Source: Polyangiaceae bacterium
Lineage (GTDB): Bacteria; Myxococcota_A; Polyangia; Polyangiales; Polyangiaceae
DNA: 64,000 nt
Assembly (NCBI GenBank): GCA_965222375.1
Contig: CBDCTZ010000016.1
Span: 800,001-864,000 of the forward strand
Direction of reading: 5' to 3'
The notes under the pieces were generated by a model. It was not told the origin of the DNA. It ran no database searches and saw nothing but the letters and a program-made list of their open reading frames with translations. Positions 10,094 to 19,747 of the stretch are shown piece by piece (the first letter of the stretch is position 1; each line of letters starts with the position of its first letter). A program made the position numbers and the translations under genes.

Positions 10094-11095
10094 TTACATG
10101 GCGCCGCGCGCACGCGTTCGATAAAGGATCGCCAAGAATAGGGGTCCACCGACCAGGGCCGTGACCGCGCCGACGGGTGGTTCAGTGCCCAGATAGTGAA
10201 ACGCGATTCTGGCCGCGAGATCGCAGGCGACCAAGGTTGCGGCGCCCAGGAGCATGGCTGCGGGGATCAACGTGCGATGGTCCGGGCCCAACATGCGCCG
10301 CGCTGCATGGGGCACAATCAGACCCACGAAGCCGATCAGCCCAGTCAGGCTGACGACGGCGCCGGCCACGGCGGAAGCGGCGAAGAATACGCGCCACTCC
10401 AAGTTCTTCACGTTCACGCCCAGGTGCTCCGCGGGCTCACGACCCAAAGACAAGATGTTCAGCCGCCCGGCGTCGAACATGATCAACACGATCCCTAGGC
10501 CGACCCAAGCGGCGCAAACCGTTAGCTGCATCCTGGACGGAACGTCCAGGAAGCCCATCAGCCAGAACAGTAGCTCTTGGGCTTTGGAAGCCGTCACGAG
10601 AGTCTTGATGAAAGTGATCAAGCTAGCGAAGGTCGCATTGACGATGACCCCAGCGAGAACAATGGTGGTCCCGCTGACCTCTCCACCGGCCCGCGCAATT
10701 GCGTAGACCAGCAACGTCGCGACCAAACCACCGAGCATTGCAGCTCCGGGGACCACGGCGGCGCCAATGGCCGTAAATGCACTAGCGCCCGCCACGATGG
10801 CCAGCGTCGCACCCGCTGCGGCGCCGCCAGATACGCCGAGCACGTAGGGATCAGCAAGTGGGTTGCGCAGCAAGGCCTGGAACGCGACTCCAACTACCGC
10901 CAATGCGCCGCCGGCCAATGCCGCCAGGGCAACCCGCGGTGCTCGTGCGGACCACAGGATCACCCCGTCTAGGCTGTCCGGGTCGTTGATCGCAAGGCTG
11001 ACGTCGATGGCGTGGGCCCCGAAGCTCACTGCCGAAACGACCGAGAGCGCCAGCAGCACCAGCAGCACTCCCGTGATGACGGCCAAGCGTCGCAC
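10094..11095 (-). CDS. FecCD/BtuC-family ABC transporter permease
   Basis: RAPRV, QALLRNPLADPYVLGVSGGA, GLIGFVGLIVPH, PVGAVTALVGGPLF. Confidence 0.93.
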   Translation of the reverse strand: MRRLAVITGVLLVLLALSVVSAVSFGAHAIDVSLAINDPDSLDGVILWSARAPRVALAALAGGALAVVGVAFQALLRNPLADPYVLGVSGGAAAGATLAIVAGASAFTAIGAAVVPGAAMLGGLVATLLVYAIARAGGEVSGTTIVLAGVIVNATFASLITFIKTLVTASKAQELLFWLMGFLDVPSRMQLTVCAAWVGLGIVLIMFDAGRLNILSLGREPAEHLGVNVKNLEWRVFFAASAVAGAVVSLTGLIGFVGLIVPHAARRMLGPDHRTLIPAAMLLGAATLVACDLAARIAFHYLGTEPPVGAVTALVGGPLFLAILYRTRARGAM

Positions 11096-11100
11096 GGGGT

Positions 11101-11883
11101 CTAGCTCGCTTGCTCGGACGTTCTATTGCGCGCATGCAGGATGCGGAGCCCGTCCAGGGTCAGGTGCTCGTCCACAGATTGTACTGAGTTCGTGTGCCGA
11201 GAGATGAGCACAGCCAGCCCGCCTGTGGCCATGACTGCGCAGGGGAATCCAAGCTCCGCGGTTATCTTCGCGACCAAGCCGTCGACCAGAGAGGCGTAGC
11301 CGTTGACTACACCGGACTGAATCGCGTGGGTGGTGTTTTGACCCACGACCTGCGGCGCCTCCGCGATCTCGATCCGGGTGAGCTTTGCGGCATTGCCCAA
11401 CAGCGCGTCCAAGCTCACTTGGATACCCGGAACGATGACGCCGCCGAGGTACTCCGCTTTCGGGGACACGCAGTCGAAGGTCGTCGCAGTACCGAAGTCG
11501 ACGACGATGACGCCGCCACGCGTGCGTTCGTAGGCGGCCACGGCGTTGACGATTCGGTCGGCGCCTACATCCTTGGGGTTATCGTAGAGTACCGTGATTC
11601 CGGTAGCTAGCTCCGGGCTGACGACCAGTGGCTGATGCCCGATGACGTGCTCGATGGCGATCGCCATCACGTCGGTCAACGGCGGCACCACGCTCGCCAG
11701 AATCGCAGCTTCGACCCGCTGGGGGTCCAAACCGTGTAGCGCCAGCATTTGATTCAACAGGACGCCATGCTCATCCGCCGTGCGCGCACGCACGGTGTTG
11801 AACCGGAAGGTGCGAACCAACTGCTCGCCATCGTAGATTCCGAAAACGACGTTGGTATTCCCAATGTCTACCGCTAGCAGCAC
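11101..11883 (-). CDS. coaX: type III pantothenate kinase
   Basis: VDIGNTN, SVVP, GADR, VVDFGTATTFD, GGVIVPG, ATGG, LTLDGL. Confidence 0.95.
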   Translation of the reverse strand: MLLAVDIGNTNVVFGIYDGEQLVRTFRFNTVRARTADEHGVLLNQMLALHGLDPQRVEAAILASVVPPLTDVMAIAIEHVIGHQPLVVSPELATGITVLYDNPKDVGADRIVNAVAAYERTRGGVIVVDFGTATTFDCVSPKAEYLGGVIVPGIQVSLDALLGNAAKLTRIEIAEAPQVVGQNTTHAIQSGVVNGYASLVDGLVAKITAELGFPCAVMATGGLAVLISRHTNSVQSVDEHLTLDGLRILHARNRTSEQAS

Positions 11884-11917
11884 GCGCGCACTCTACCTCA
11901 TCGCAAAGCCAGTGTGC

Positions 11918-14092
11918 TCACCGTGTTATGCGCGCTTTTCGGATCCGATTACCTTGGGCAAGACGCTGCCACTGCCCCTCGGCGCGCCCAATCCAGGCGT
12001 AGTCGCCGTCCAAGTGGGGGAAGGGTCCCAGCGTCACGAAGAGCTGGCTCGAACCCGTGTCACGCCCCGATAGCGCCATGCCAACGCTGAGGGGCGAGAA
12101 TCCGATAGGTGACGTTTCACAGCGCAGCATTTCCCGGCCCGCTCCTCCGAAACCATCGGCGCCAGGGTCGCCGAACTGAACGACGAAACCGGGGACGACG
12201 CGGTGAAACACAATGCCGTCGTAGAAACCCGATTCAACGAGGCTGGCGACGCGAGTCACGGTGACGGGTGCCACGTTCGCATCCAGCGCGAGCTCCAACT
12301 TGCCTACATCCGTTTCCAGAGTCACACGCACCGCGCCGGAGCGGAGTCGCTCGAGCTCCGCTGGCGCCGCCGAGGGCGTTGCTTTGTCGCAGCGTTTGTT
12401 GCGATCGCCTAGCGAGCGCAGGGCCTTTTCCGCAGCAGCGCGCAGCGTCGGCGCGCTGCTCTTGCACTCTTTCTCGACCTCCGCTTTGAGGCGCATGACC
12501 TGCAGTGCGCCAGCGGCTGCAATCAGGCTTTGGCGAATCTCAGTTGCATCCGGTGCCCGCCGTTTGGTGAACGCTCGCTGTAGCGCGTCAATCACATCAG
12601 CATGGGGTGCGACATCTCGCTTGGACTCGTCTTGTCGACCCCGCGTGCCTGCTGCCAGTGCAGGGTGGGTGCTCAAGATCTCTGCGGCTGTGGCGACGGT
12701 GCCGTCCTGCTTTGCCTCGAGAGCCGTCGCCAGCACCTTGTGGGTGTTGGCGGCTTCGGGGTGTTTCGCTAGCAGCCGTAAGGCCGCTTGGCGCACGCCA
12801 GGATGTTGCGATTTCGAGAGCGATTCCCAAGCTCGATAGCGAGCGCCCCGTAGTTTGCCTCGGTCGAGCACTTTCAGGAGCGCGAGGCCACGTATGGGAG
12901 CGTCATCGCCTGACTGGCAGTTGACGAGTTTTTGATAGCGATGGTTGTCCCCCGCGCGGCTCGCGGCGGCGGCGCAGCGTAGCAGCTCGACCCGCATTCG
13001 ATGGCTGCCCTTGGTGCCCGGCACGGCAAGGCTCTCGAGGCGCGCTAGGACGTCTTGGGCGGTTTCGGGTGGCTGAGTCATTGACTCCAACGCGGTGATC
13101 AACACGCCCCAGTTCGCGCTGATGAGCTCGGACTTGGCGAGGCGAGCGTCCGTGGCCATGGAATCCAAGATCCGCGCGAGTGCCTCGCTACCGAGCTTGC
13201 CGTTCTTGCCAAGCTCCCGTGCGGCGTCTGCGCGCTCACTCGGTGCATGACTGAAGTCCATGGCGAATCTCTCGAGGTCCACGATGGCGGCATCCCCCGC
13301 TCGCCCCAAGCTGCGCACCGCGAAGGCTCGCTCGCTTCCGGCCTTGCCGAGCGCGCCACGAGCGACATCTCGCAGCCGATTCTGGACAGACTCCGGCAAC
13401 GGGCCGAGGCGCGAGAACGCAAATAGACCACTGCCCAGCGGAGCGTCTGGGTCACTGGCGGCGTTGAGTAGCGCGACGATGGATGCGTCCTCCAATCGCT
13501 TCTGCCTAGACGCGAGGCGCCCGAGGGCGAGCGCTGCAGCCTCCGCCCGTGGTTTGGGTCCCGTTAGCCAGCCCCGCAAGGTGGCTTCCGCTTCACGGCT
13601 GCCACAGCGGCCCAGGGCGTCAGCGAGAACGTGCACGGGGTCACTCAACGGCGGAGACCCCTGCGCTTGCTTGGGCTGCGCCGCCAGGGAGGCTGCTCGC
13701 TGCACCAGGGCTCGAACGGTGGCGATTTCTCGGCCTTTGCAGCCGTAGCCCAGGCCATAGCTGGCCCAGGTGACCACTTCGAGGTCCTCGTCCCCCAGCA
13801 TTCTCTCCAACAGTTCCAGGGAGCGCTGGTCGGCGATCCGCGCAAGGGCTCGGGCGGCAACTCTGCGAGCACCGACCTGTCGATGACTCAACCACTCAGG
13901 CGTGATGCCCGCAGAGTCTCGCTTGTGCTCCGCGCTGACCAACTCTGAATAGCTCGCCACGGGCTTGCCGATGGCCGACGCGCTGGGTTTCGCGCTTGGC
14001 GCGTTGGTCTTGGTGGAGCCAGAGCGACAACTCTCGCATCCGGCTGTAACAACGGCCAGGCAGAGTCCAAGTCCAAGGGTGTTCACCCTCAT
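11918..14092 (-). CDS. HEAT-repeat lipoprotein with C-terminal cyclophilin-type PPIase
   Basis: Lipobox TAGC; HEAT-like helical repeats; FYDGIVFHRVVPGFVVQFGDP, GSSQLFV, HLDGDY. Confidence 0.88.
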   Translation of the reverse strand: MRVNTLGLGLCLAVVTAGCESCRSGSTKTNAPSAKPSASAIGKPVASYSELVSAEHKRDSAGITPEWLSHRQVGARRVAARALARIADQRSLELLERMLGDEDLEVVTWASYGLGYGCKGREIATVRALVQRAASLAAQPKQAQGSPPLSDPVHVLADALGRCGSREAEATLRGWLTGPKPRAEAAALALGRLASRQKRLEDASIVALLNAASDPDAPLGSGLFAFSRLGPLPESVQNRLRDVARGALGKAGSERAFAVRSLGRAGDAAIVDLERFAMDFSHAPSERADAARELGKNGKLGSEALARILDSMATDARLAKSELISANWGVLITALESMTQPPETAQDVLARLESLAVPGTKGSHRMRVELLRCAAAASRAGDNHRYQKLVNCQSGDDAPIRGLALLKVLDRGKLRGARYRAWESLSKSQHPGVRQAALRLLAKHPEAANTHKVLATALEAKQDGTVATAAEILSTHPALAAGTRGRQDESKRDVAPHADVIDALQRAFTKRRAPDATEIRQSLIAAAGALQVMRLKAEVEKECKSSAPTLRAAAEKALRSLGDRNKRCDKATPSAAPAELERLRSGAVRVTLETDVGKLELALDANVAPVTVTRVASLVESGFYDGIVFHRVVPGFVVQFGDPGADGFGGAGREMLRCETSPIGFSPLSVGMALSGRDTGSSQLFVTLGPFPHLDGDYAWIGRAEGQWQRLAQGNRIRKARITR

Positions 14093-14607
14093 GGCTGCCA
14101 CGGAGGAGTCTGTAGCCCGAGGGTAGCGGTTCGGTCCAGCGCGAAACTCACTCGTTCGCGCAAAGCTCGCAGAAAGGAACGCAGAGCTCCGCGTTTGGGC
14201 GATTGGGCCGGTATGCCGACGACATCCACATCGAAACAGTGAAAACAACGCAGGGCGCGGGGCAAGTGCCAATCGCAGGTCACGATGGCAGCGCGGCGAA
14301 CGTCCAGGCGCTCGAAGGACTCCGCGACGTAGCGGGCGTTCTCGAACGTGCTCAGGCTACATAGCTCCGTGACGATTTGGCGACTGGGCACGCCTTGCTT
14401 CTCTAGTGCCGCTGCTAGAGCAATGGCCTCCGCATGGCCATGCCAGCGCCGGCCTCCGCTCGCGATCAGCCACTTTGCAGCGGAATCCATAAAGACGTTC
14501 GCCGCGGCCCGCGCTCGCCGCAGCCCAGCGGCGCAAGGCTGCCCATCAGGTTCGATGCGACACCCCAGTAGCACCACGGCGTCGATGGGGGCGTCGGAAC
14601 GGGGCAC
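14089..14607 (-). CDS. YdcF/DUF218 family protein
   Basis: DAVVLLG, SGG, EA, SLSTFENA, VTCDWHLPRA, RE motifs; start approximate. Confidence 0.85.
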   Translation of the reverse strand: MPRSDAPIDAVVLLGCRIEPDGQPCAAGLRRARAAANVFMDSAAKWLIASGGRRWHGHAEAIALAAALEKQGVPSRQIVTELCSLSTFENARYVAESFERLDVRRAAIVTCDWHLPRALRCFHCFDVDVVGIPAQSPKRGALRSFLRALRERVSFALDRTATLGLQTPPWQP

Positions 14608-14655
14608 GGCACACACTCGGTTGGCGCGGTCCAATTGGGGCCGCAGGCGTTTTTC

Positions 14656-15799
14656 ATGGATACCGCGCCTCGTGCTGCGAGGGAAATTCTGGGGAATGCT
14701 GAGGAGTGGTCGCTCTATTCTGGGGATTTCGGTCTGGACCTGGGGCCGCGGCTTTGGGGGCGGATGCTGCGGACGGCCCTTGGCGTGCGTATCACCGAGC
14801 ATGCGACGCCGCCGCTGGAGCTCGGCGATCTGGTACTGGAAGTCGGCGGCATCGCCACGGTGGGCCTGAGTGTGGAGCAGGCCGAGCAACTGTCTCGCTT
14901 GGAACCCGTCGGAGGCGAGTCCGTGCGCGATGTGATCGTGCTTCGGTCTGGCGACGCCAAGGTGAAGAAGCTCGTAGTACCGATCGGCGCTCGCGCGACT
15001 GAAACCAGCGAACTCCTGCCTTTCGATGTAGAGCGTGTCGCCTACGGCGGCGGGTCTGCAGTGGTCGTTACCATCAGCGAAGTATCGGACGGGCTGGGCC
15101 GGGATCTCGCGCGTTGGCTTGGAGCGGCTCGCCGAGAAGCTGATCCCCTCTTGGGGGTTGTGCTCGACCTTCGAGGCAATGGTGGAGGGTCCATCGACGG
15201 CGCGTCTTCAGTGGTCGGGGGGGGTTCTGCCCGGCGCAGCGAGTTTCCCATTGCGGCGCCGAGACGGTTCGGTCGAAGTGCATCGTGCGTGGGCACCCAG
15301 CGAAGAGGACCGCTGGAGCGGCCCCGTCGCCGTTCTGGTGGATGGCTACACCGCGAGTGCCGCCGAGATGATTGCCGGTGCGCTGTCCGTGTATGAGCGG
15401 GGACCGGTTGTCGGGGCGCGCACCTTCGGCAAGGGTTGCATCCAAGAGTACTTTGACGACCGGTCCGGGGTTGGGGTCCTGAGACTAACCACCATGGTTT
15501 TCGCCCTGCCCGACGGCAGCCCCCTGCCGAGCACCGGAGTGCCGCCGGACTTTGCGTTGCCCCTGCCCGGGCCAACGCAGCGGGAAGCGGCACTGCCCGC
15601 CGCGCTGCCGGGTTGGCGGGGACCGGACGTGCGCAGTTCAGCAAGCCCTGGCCCGGCCTGGCCCAGGGCGGCTGGGCGCCTGGGCCCCTGCGGCGACCCG
15701 ACGGTTTGTCGGGCTTTGCGCCGTTTGGCGGCGCCAATGCCCCCTCGGCGTGCTGCGAGGCGGCGACTGGAACGCGCTCCCCGCCGGGCCACCTTCTGA
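14656..15799 (+). pseudogene. S41 (tail-specific) peptidase, frameshifted at a G8 run and possibly 5' truncated
   Basis: PDZ-like part and VLDLRGNGGG in one frame; LVDGYTASAAEM and TFGKG in another; frames switch at GGGGGGGG 15217-15224. Confidence 0.8.
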
Positions 15800-15853
15800 G
15801 GTGCAAGTTGCCCGGAACGGGGGAGTGGTCTACACGACTCTTAAGTAGCTTTC

Positions 15854-17263
15854 ATGCTCGGCGAAGCCGCCGAGCGGGTGCCTCCCCGGGCACCCGAGGT
15901 TCCCGTGGTTCCCCCGCCGTCCCGCTCGAAAAACGAAAGCGACGAGCCCAAGCGCAAGACGCCTCGTCGGACCAAGCCCCGGGCTCGCCGGCCAAAAGAG
16001 GGAGATACGGCTGCGTCAGCCAGTGAGCCGCCGAAACCGAAGCCGAAGCGGCCAGGGCCGGAGGCCCAGGTCTATGACAAGAAGCCTACGCCGCACGACG
16101 TCGAACTCGACGAGGCTCGGATAGACCCGGACGCAGCCAAGGTCGTGCGCCGCCTTGTGCGTCACGGCCACGAAGCCTACTTGGTCGGTGGCTGTGTGCG
16201 GGACCTGTTGGTTGGCCAGGCTCCCAAGGACTTTGACGTCGCGACGAGCGCTCGGCCCGACGACGTTCGCAGGCTGTTTCGAAACTCAAGGATCATCGGA
16301 CGCAGGTTCCGCCTGGTCCACGTGTTGTTCTCCGGGGGAAAGGTCATCGAGACGGCGACGTTTCGATGTGCGCCTCAGGAACAGTCCGTTCGCGAGGGTG
16401 ACGATCTCTTGATTCGCAACGACAACGTCTTTGGCGAGGCCCACGAGGACGCGGAGCGACGCGACTTCACGATCAATGCGCTGTTCTACGATATTGAGGC
16501 ATGCCAAGTGCTGGACTGGGTGAACGGGATGCCAGACATCAAGCGCCGGGTCGTGCATACGATCGGTGACCCCGTCGTCCGTTTTCAGGAAGACCCGATT
16601 CGAATCCTCCGAGCAATCAAGTTCAGCGCCCGCTTGGACTTCGGCATATCCCCTGCCGTTTACGACGCCATCGTGCAGTGTCGAGGTGCGCTGTCGATGG
16701 CGGCTCGGCCTCGCTTGTTCGAAGAAGTGCTGCGCTTGATGCGTGGCGGTGCATCCCACCGCAGCATTTGGCTCGCTTGGGAAATGGGCGTGCTGGATAT
16801 CGTGCTCCCGGAGTTGTCCGCCTACCTCTCCGACGACGATACGAGCGCTGGGGAAACGTGGCGCTTGCTCTCGCGAGTAGACGCCCGGACTCGAGAACTG
16901 GGGCGACCTTTGGACGATGTGGTGCTGTTCACCTCGTTGTTGCTTGGACCGATTCGAGAGGCGTGCTTTGGGGAGCGGGACCGGGTTTCCGCGGCGTACG
17001 ATTTCTTGGAGCCCATCGTGGACCGTCTGAATGTCCCGCGCCGCATTGCGGACGCGGTTAGGCGGGTCTGCGCAATCTTGCCTCGGCTTCAGTCCGGTCG
17101 GGTCGGCCGCTTCTCGAAAACCCCCCTCTACCCACTCGCGCTCGAGATCATCGCGTTGTCCGAGAATAGCGACTCGCCGGCCGGACGAGGCGCGACGGCT
17201 GAGCTGCCGCCAAAGCCTCGTCGGCGACGCCGGCGGCGGCGCATCTCCACCGAGGAGGGCTGA
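15854..17263 (+). CDS. pcnB: poly(A) polymerase I
   Basis: VGGCVRDLL, KDFDVAT, PAP-specific IIGRRFRLVHV, RRDFTINALFY, EDPIRILRA; Arg-rich tail. Confidence 0.92.
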   Translation: MLGEAAERVPPRAPEVPVVPPPSRSKNESDEPKRKTPRRTKPRARRPKEGDTAASASEPPKPKPKRPGPEAQVYDKKPTPHDVELDEARIDPDAAKVVRRLVRHGHEAYLVGGCVRDLLVGQAPKDFDVATSARPDDVRRLFRNSRIIGRRFRLVHVLFSGGKVIETATFRCAPQEQSVREGDDLLIRNDNVFGEAHEDAERRDFTINALFYDIEACQVLDWVNGMPDIKRRVVHTIGDPVVRFQEDPIRILRAIKFSARLDFGISPAVYDAIVQCRGALSMAARPRLFEEVLRLMRGGASHRSIWLAWEMGVLDIVLPELSAYLSDDDTSAGETWRLLSRVDARTRELGRPLDDVVLFTSLLLGPIREACFGERDRVSAAYDFLEPIVDRLNVPRRIADAVRRVCAILPRLQSGRVGRFSKTPLYPLALEIIALSENSDSPAGRGATAELPPKPRRRRRRRRISTEEG

Positions 17264-17865
17264 TGGCCAAGAAGGCCAATCCAGTCGAGGCAGCGCGCAA
17301 GACCCTGTTGGAAGGGGTCGGCAAAGAGGTGGCAGCCTCTTTCCCGGGGATCACCCGCCTCGGCGGGCAGATCGTCGCGGCACTGTATCTTGCCGACGAG
17401 CCCCGAAGCATGGACGAACTGGTCGAGGAGCTAGGACGATCCAAGAGCAATATCTTCACTAACCTCAGGGCTCTGGAGACCGCCGAGATCGTGAACCGGA
17501 CCCGCGAACCAGGCGCGAGGCATGACCGCTTCGTCCTGCGCGGCGCCTACCCTGATGTGATCATAGGTGCCTACATCACGCGACTGCGCCGAGTGGTCGT
17601 GGACAAGCGAGCCCTCGTCGCTCGTAGCTTGGCGCTGCTCGGCGATGCCAAAGGTCCAGAGGCAGATCGGATCCGCGGCCTGCTGAACGACCTTGGCCGC
17701 AAGTACGGCCTTTTCGGCGAGATCTTCGACACGCTGCTACCCGGCGGAGAGGGGCCCCTGGATCTCGAGGCCTTGCTGAACAAGGTGCCCAAGCAGCTTT
17801 TGGCGACCCTGGGGAATCTGGCCCGGGCCGCCGTGGACTTCAGCGGCAAGCTGCGACCCCGCTGA
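17263..17865 (+). CDS. GbsR/MarR-family transcriptional regulator
   Basis: GQIVAALYLADEPRSMDELVEELGRSKSNIFTNLRAL winged HTH; TGATG coupling to pcnB. Confidence 0.85.
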   Translation: MAKKANPVEAARKTLLEGVGKEVAASFPGITRLGGQIVAALYLADEPRSMDELVEELGRSKSNIFTNLRALETAEIVNRTREPGARHDRFVLRGAYPDVIIGAYITRLRRVVVDKRALVARSLALLGDAKGPEADRIRGLLNDLGRKYGLFGEIFDTLLPGGEGPLDLEALLNKVPKQLLATLGNLARAAVDFSGKLRPR

Positions 17866-17868
17866 GGG

Positions 17869-18975
17869 TCAGTTGGTCAGTTCCACCCGAAGCAGTTTCT
17901 TGCCGAGAAACAGGTAGTCGCCCTGGGCGAGTTCTCGATCTGCCTTAATGCGCACGTAGGTGCCGTTGCGACTGTCGTGGTCCGTGAGGGTGAATTTCCC
18001 GTCGTTTTCCTCGACGGAACAGTGTTTCGCAGACATGTACACATCGCCCGGGAAGTTGAGATCTCCATCCTCACGCCCGATGCGCAGGGAGTTTTCGCGA
18101 GCGCACACGGTCATGCCTAGAGCCCCGGCTTCCAGTACTTGGTGGACCCTGAAAGCACTGGGGTACTTCGGAGACGAGTAGAACATCGTGCCCTCGGAGT
18201 CCGCGCCGTCACTTGCCTTGGGCGTCGGATCCAGGCGGAACAACTGCTCACCCGCGATGAACGAGTCGCCTGGCGCGATCTCCACGCCTCCACGGATGCG
18301 GATGTACACGCCATTGAGGGAGCCCTCGTCTCGCACGACCAGCTTGCCGCTGCGATACAGGAAGTTCGCGTGTTTCGGCGAGATGAAAGCGTCGTCTCCA
18401 AAGCCGTCCAAGTCGCCGTCTTTGCCGATGATGTGCTGCTCCGCATTCAAGTGAAAGCTCACGCCTTCCATGTCCTGAGCGCGAATCAATACCAGCCGAG
18501 CCTTCGCGGGGTCCTGCAGGTCGCTGAAGAACTTGGTCTGCAGATGAAGAATGTACTCGGGAACTGGCGTGCCGCAGCGCCCGCAAAACTTGTGTCCACT
18601 CGGGACCGGCGTCATGCACGACTCGCAAACATAGTTCCTGGCTTGTTCCATCATCTCCTCCTCGCTGAGCCCGGGCGGGCCCAGGACGGGTCGCTCCGCG
18701 GGGACCGTTCCCCGGGAGACTCGATCAATTTGCGACGCTTGGGAACGCCCCGTTTCACCGGAAGCGGCTGAAACGGGTGGTTTTTTGGCGTCTGGGTCGT
18801 ACGCAATGGTCTGTTCTTCGGGATTCGGCAGAGGCGCGGCGGCTGGAACACTGAGTTTTGGCCCGCCACCGAGGGCAAGGGTGCGACCGCACCGGGGGCA
18901 GGCGTCCTTGCCCATTGGGCAGTAGCCGTCGCACCCACCGCAGACGATCCCGAGCTCCAGCGCCGCCTCGACCAT
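17869..18975 (-). CDS. double Zn-ribbon plus tandem FHA domain protein
   Basis: CGGC/CPRC, CESC/CGRC; ISPKHA...SLNGVY and IGR...MSAKHC...SRNGTY. Confidence 0.88.
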   Translation of the reverse strand: MVEAALELGIVCGGCDGYCPMGKDACPRCGRTLALGGGPKLSVPAAAPLPNPEEQTIAYDPDAKKPPVSAASGETGRSQASQIDRVSRGTVPAERPVLGPPGLSEEEMMEQARNYVCESCMTPVPSGHKFCGRCGTPVPEYILHLQTKFFSDLQDPAKARLVLIRAQDMEGVSFHLNAEQHIIGKDGDLDGFGDDAFISPKHANFLYRSGKLVVRDEGSLNGVYIRIRGGVEIAPGDSFIAGEQLFRLDPTPKASDGADSEGTMFYSSPKYPSAFRVHQVLEAGALGMTVCARENSLRIGREDGDLNFPGDVYMSAKHCSVEENDGKFTLTDHDSRNGTYVRIKADRELAQGDYLFLGKKLLRVELTN

Positions 18976-19034
18976 GCCGAGCCGAAACGCTACACCGAGC
19001 GGGAAGAAATGGCGACGATTCTGGGTGCCTTCAG

Positions 19035-19679
19035 CTACCGAATGAACACCAACCGGCTTTCCACCTCGAAGAAGCCCTCGGCACTCACCAATCGGAAAAC
19101 TACGGTTTCCGTGCAGGTGTCGACGTCCACTTGGCCGAAGTCTCGGGAGTCATAGGGCAGCAGGCGATTGTCGCTGAGCAGAAACACTTTGCCGCTTTCT
19201 ACCCGGGTATTGACCGCGCGCGGCATCATTTTGTGGCCGCCAGTGCCCCCCCGCTTGTGCAGATGCCCCGCAAGACCCTCCATGGAACAGCCCTGCTCGA
19301 TTTCCGACCCCGTTGTGGGGTGCAGCACCGAGAACCTCGGATACTTGCACGCCTCTTCAGTATGGGCCGACCTGCCGTTGATGCTCAGTTTCTGAGCCTC
19401 GACCTCCACCTTGTCGCCAGCTTCGGCGATGATTCTCCCAACTACGACCCGTTCCGGAGCGTCGGGCTCCGGGCACACAACCAGGTCGCCGAACTTCGGT
19501 TTGGTCAGCCGCCACAGGATCACCAGGTCCCCGCCTCGCAAGGTCGGTGCGATGGCCGCCTCGAGAAACGGATCGTCGGCGGGCACACGCCACCAACGAA
19601 TTGCGGTGGCTCGAGCGACACCGACGATGACGCCAACGATGATTGCCGTCCAGGCCAGGAAGCGCATTAGCTTTCGCAT
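19035..19679 (-). CDS. signal peptidase I (S26) homologue, canonical catalytic residues substituted
   Basis: TM helix, PTLRGGDLV, FGDLVV, RIIAEAGDKV, SDNRLLPYDSRDFG; Ala at the Ser position and Gly at the Lys position. Confidence 0.82.
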   Translation of the reverse strand: MRKLMRFLAWTAIIVGVIVGVARATAIRWWRVPADDPFLEAAIAPTLRGGDLVILWRLTKPKFGDLVVCPEPDAPERVVVGRIIAEAGDKVEVEAQKLSINGRSAHTEEACKYPRFSVLHPTTGSEIEQGCSMEGLAGHLHKRGGTGGHKMMPRAVNTRVESGKVFLLSDNRLLPYDSRDFGQVDVDTCTETVVFRLVSAEGFFEVESRLVFIR

Positions 19680-19747
19680 GGAGGATTCCAGCCCAGCCTA
19701 GCCCAGCTGGCTCCTCGGGGCATCTTCGCTGCACGCGGCAGCTGAGA

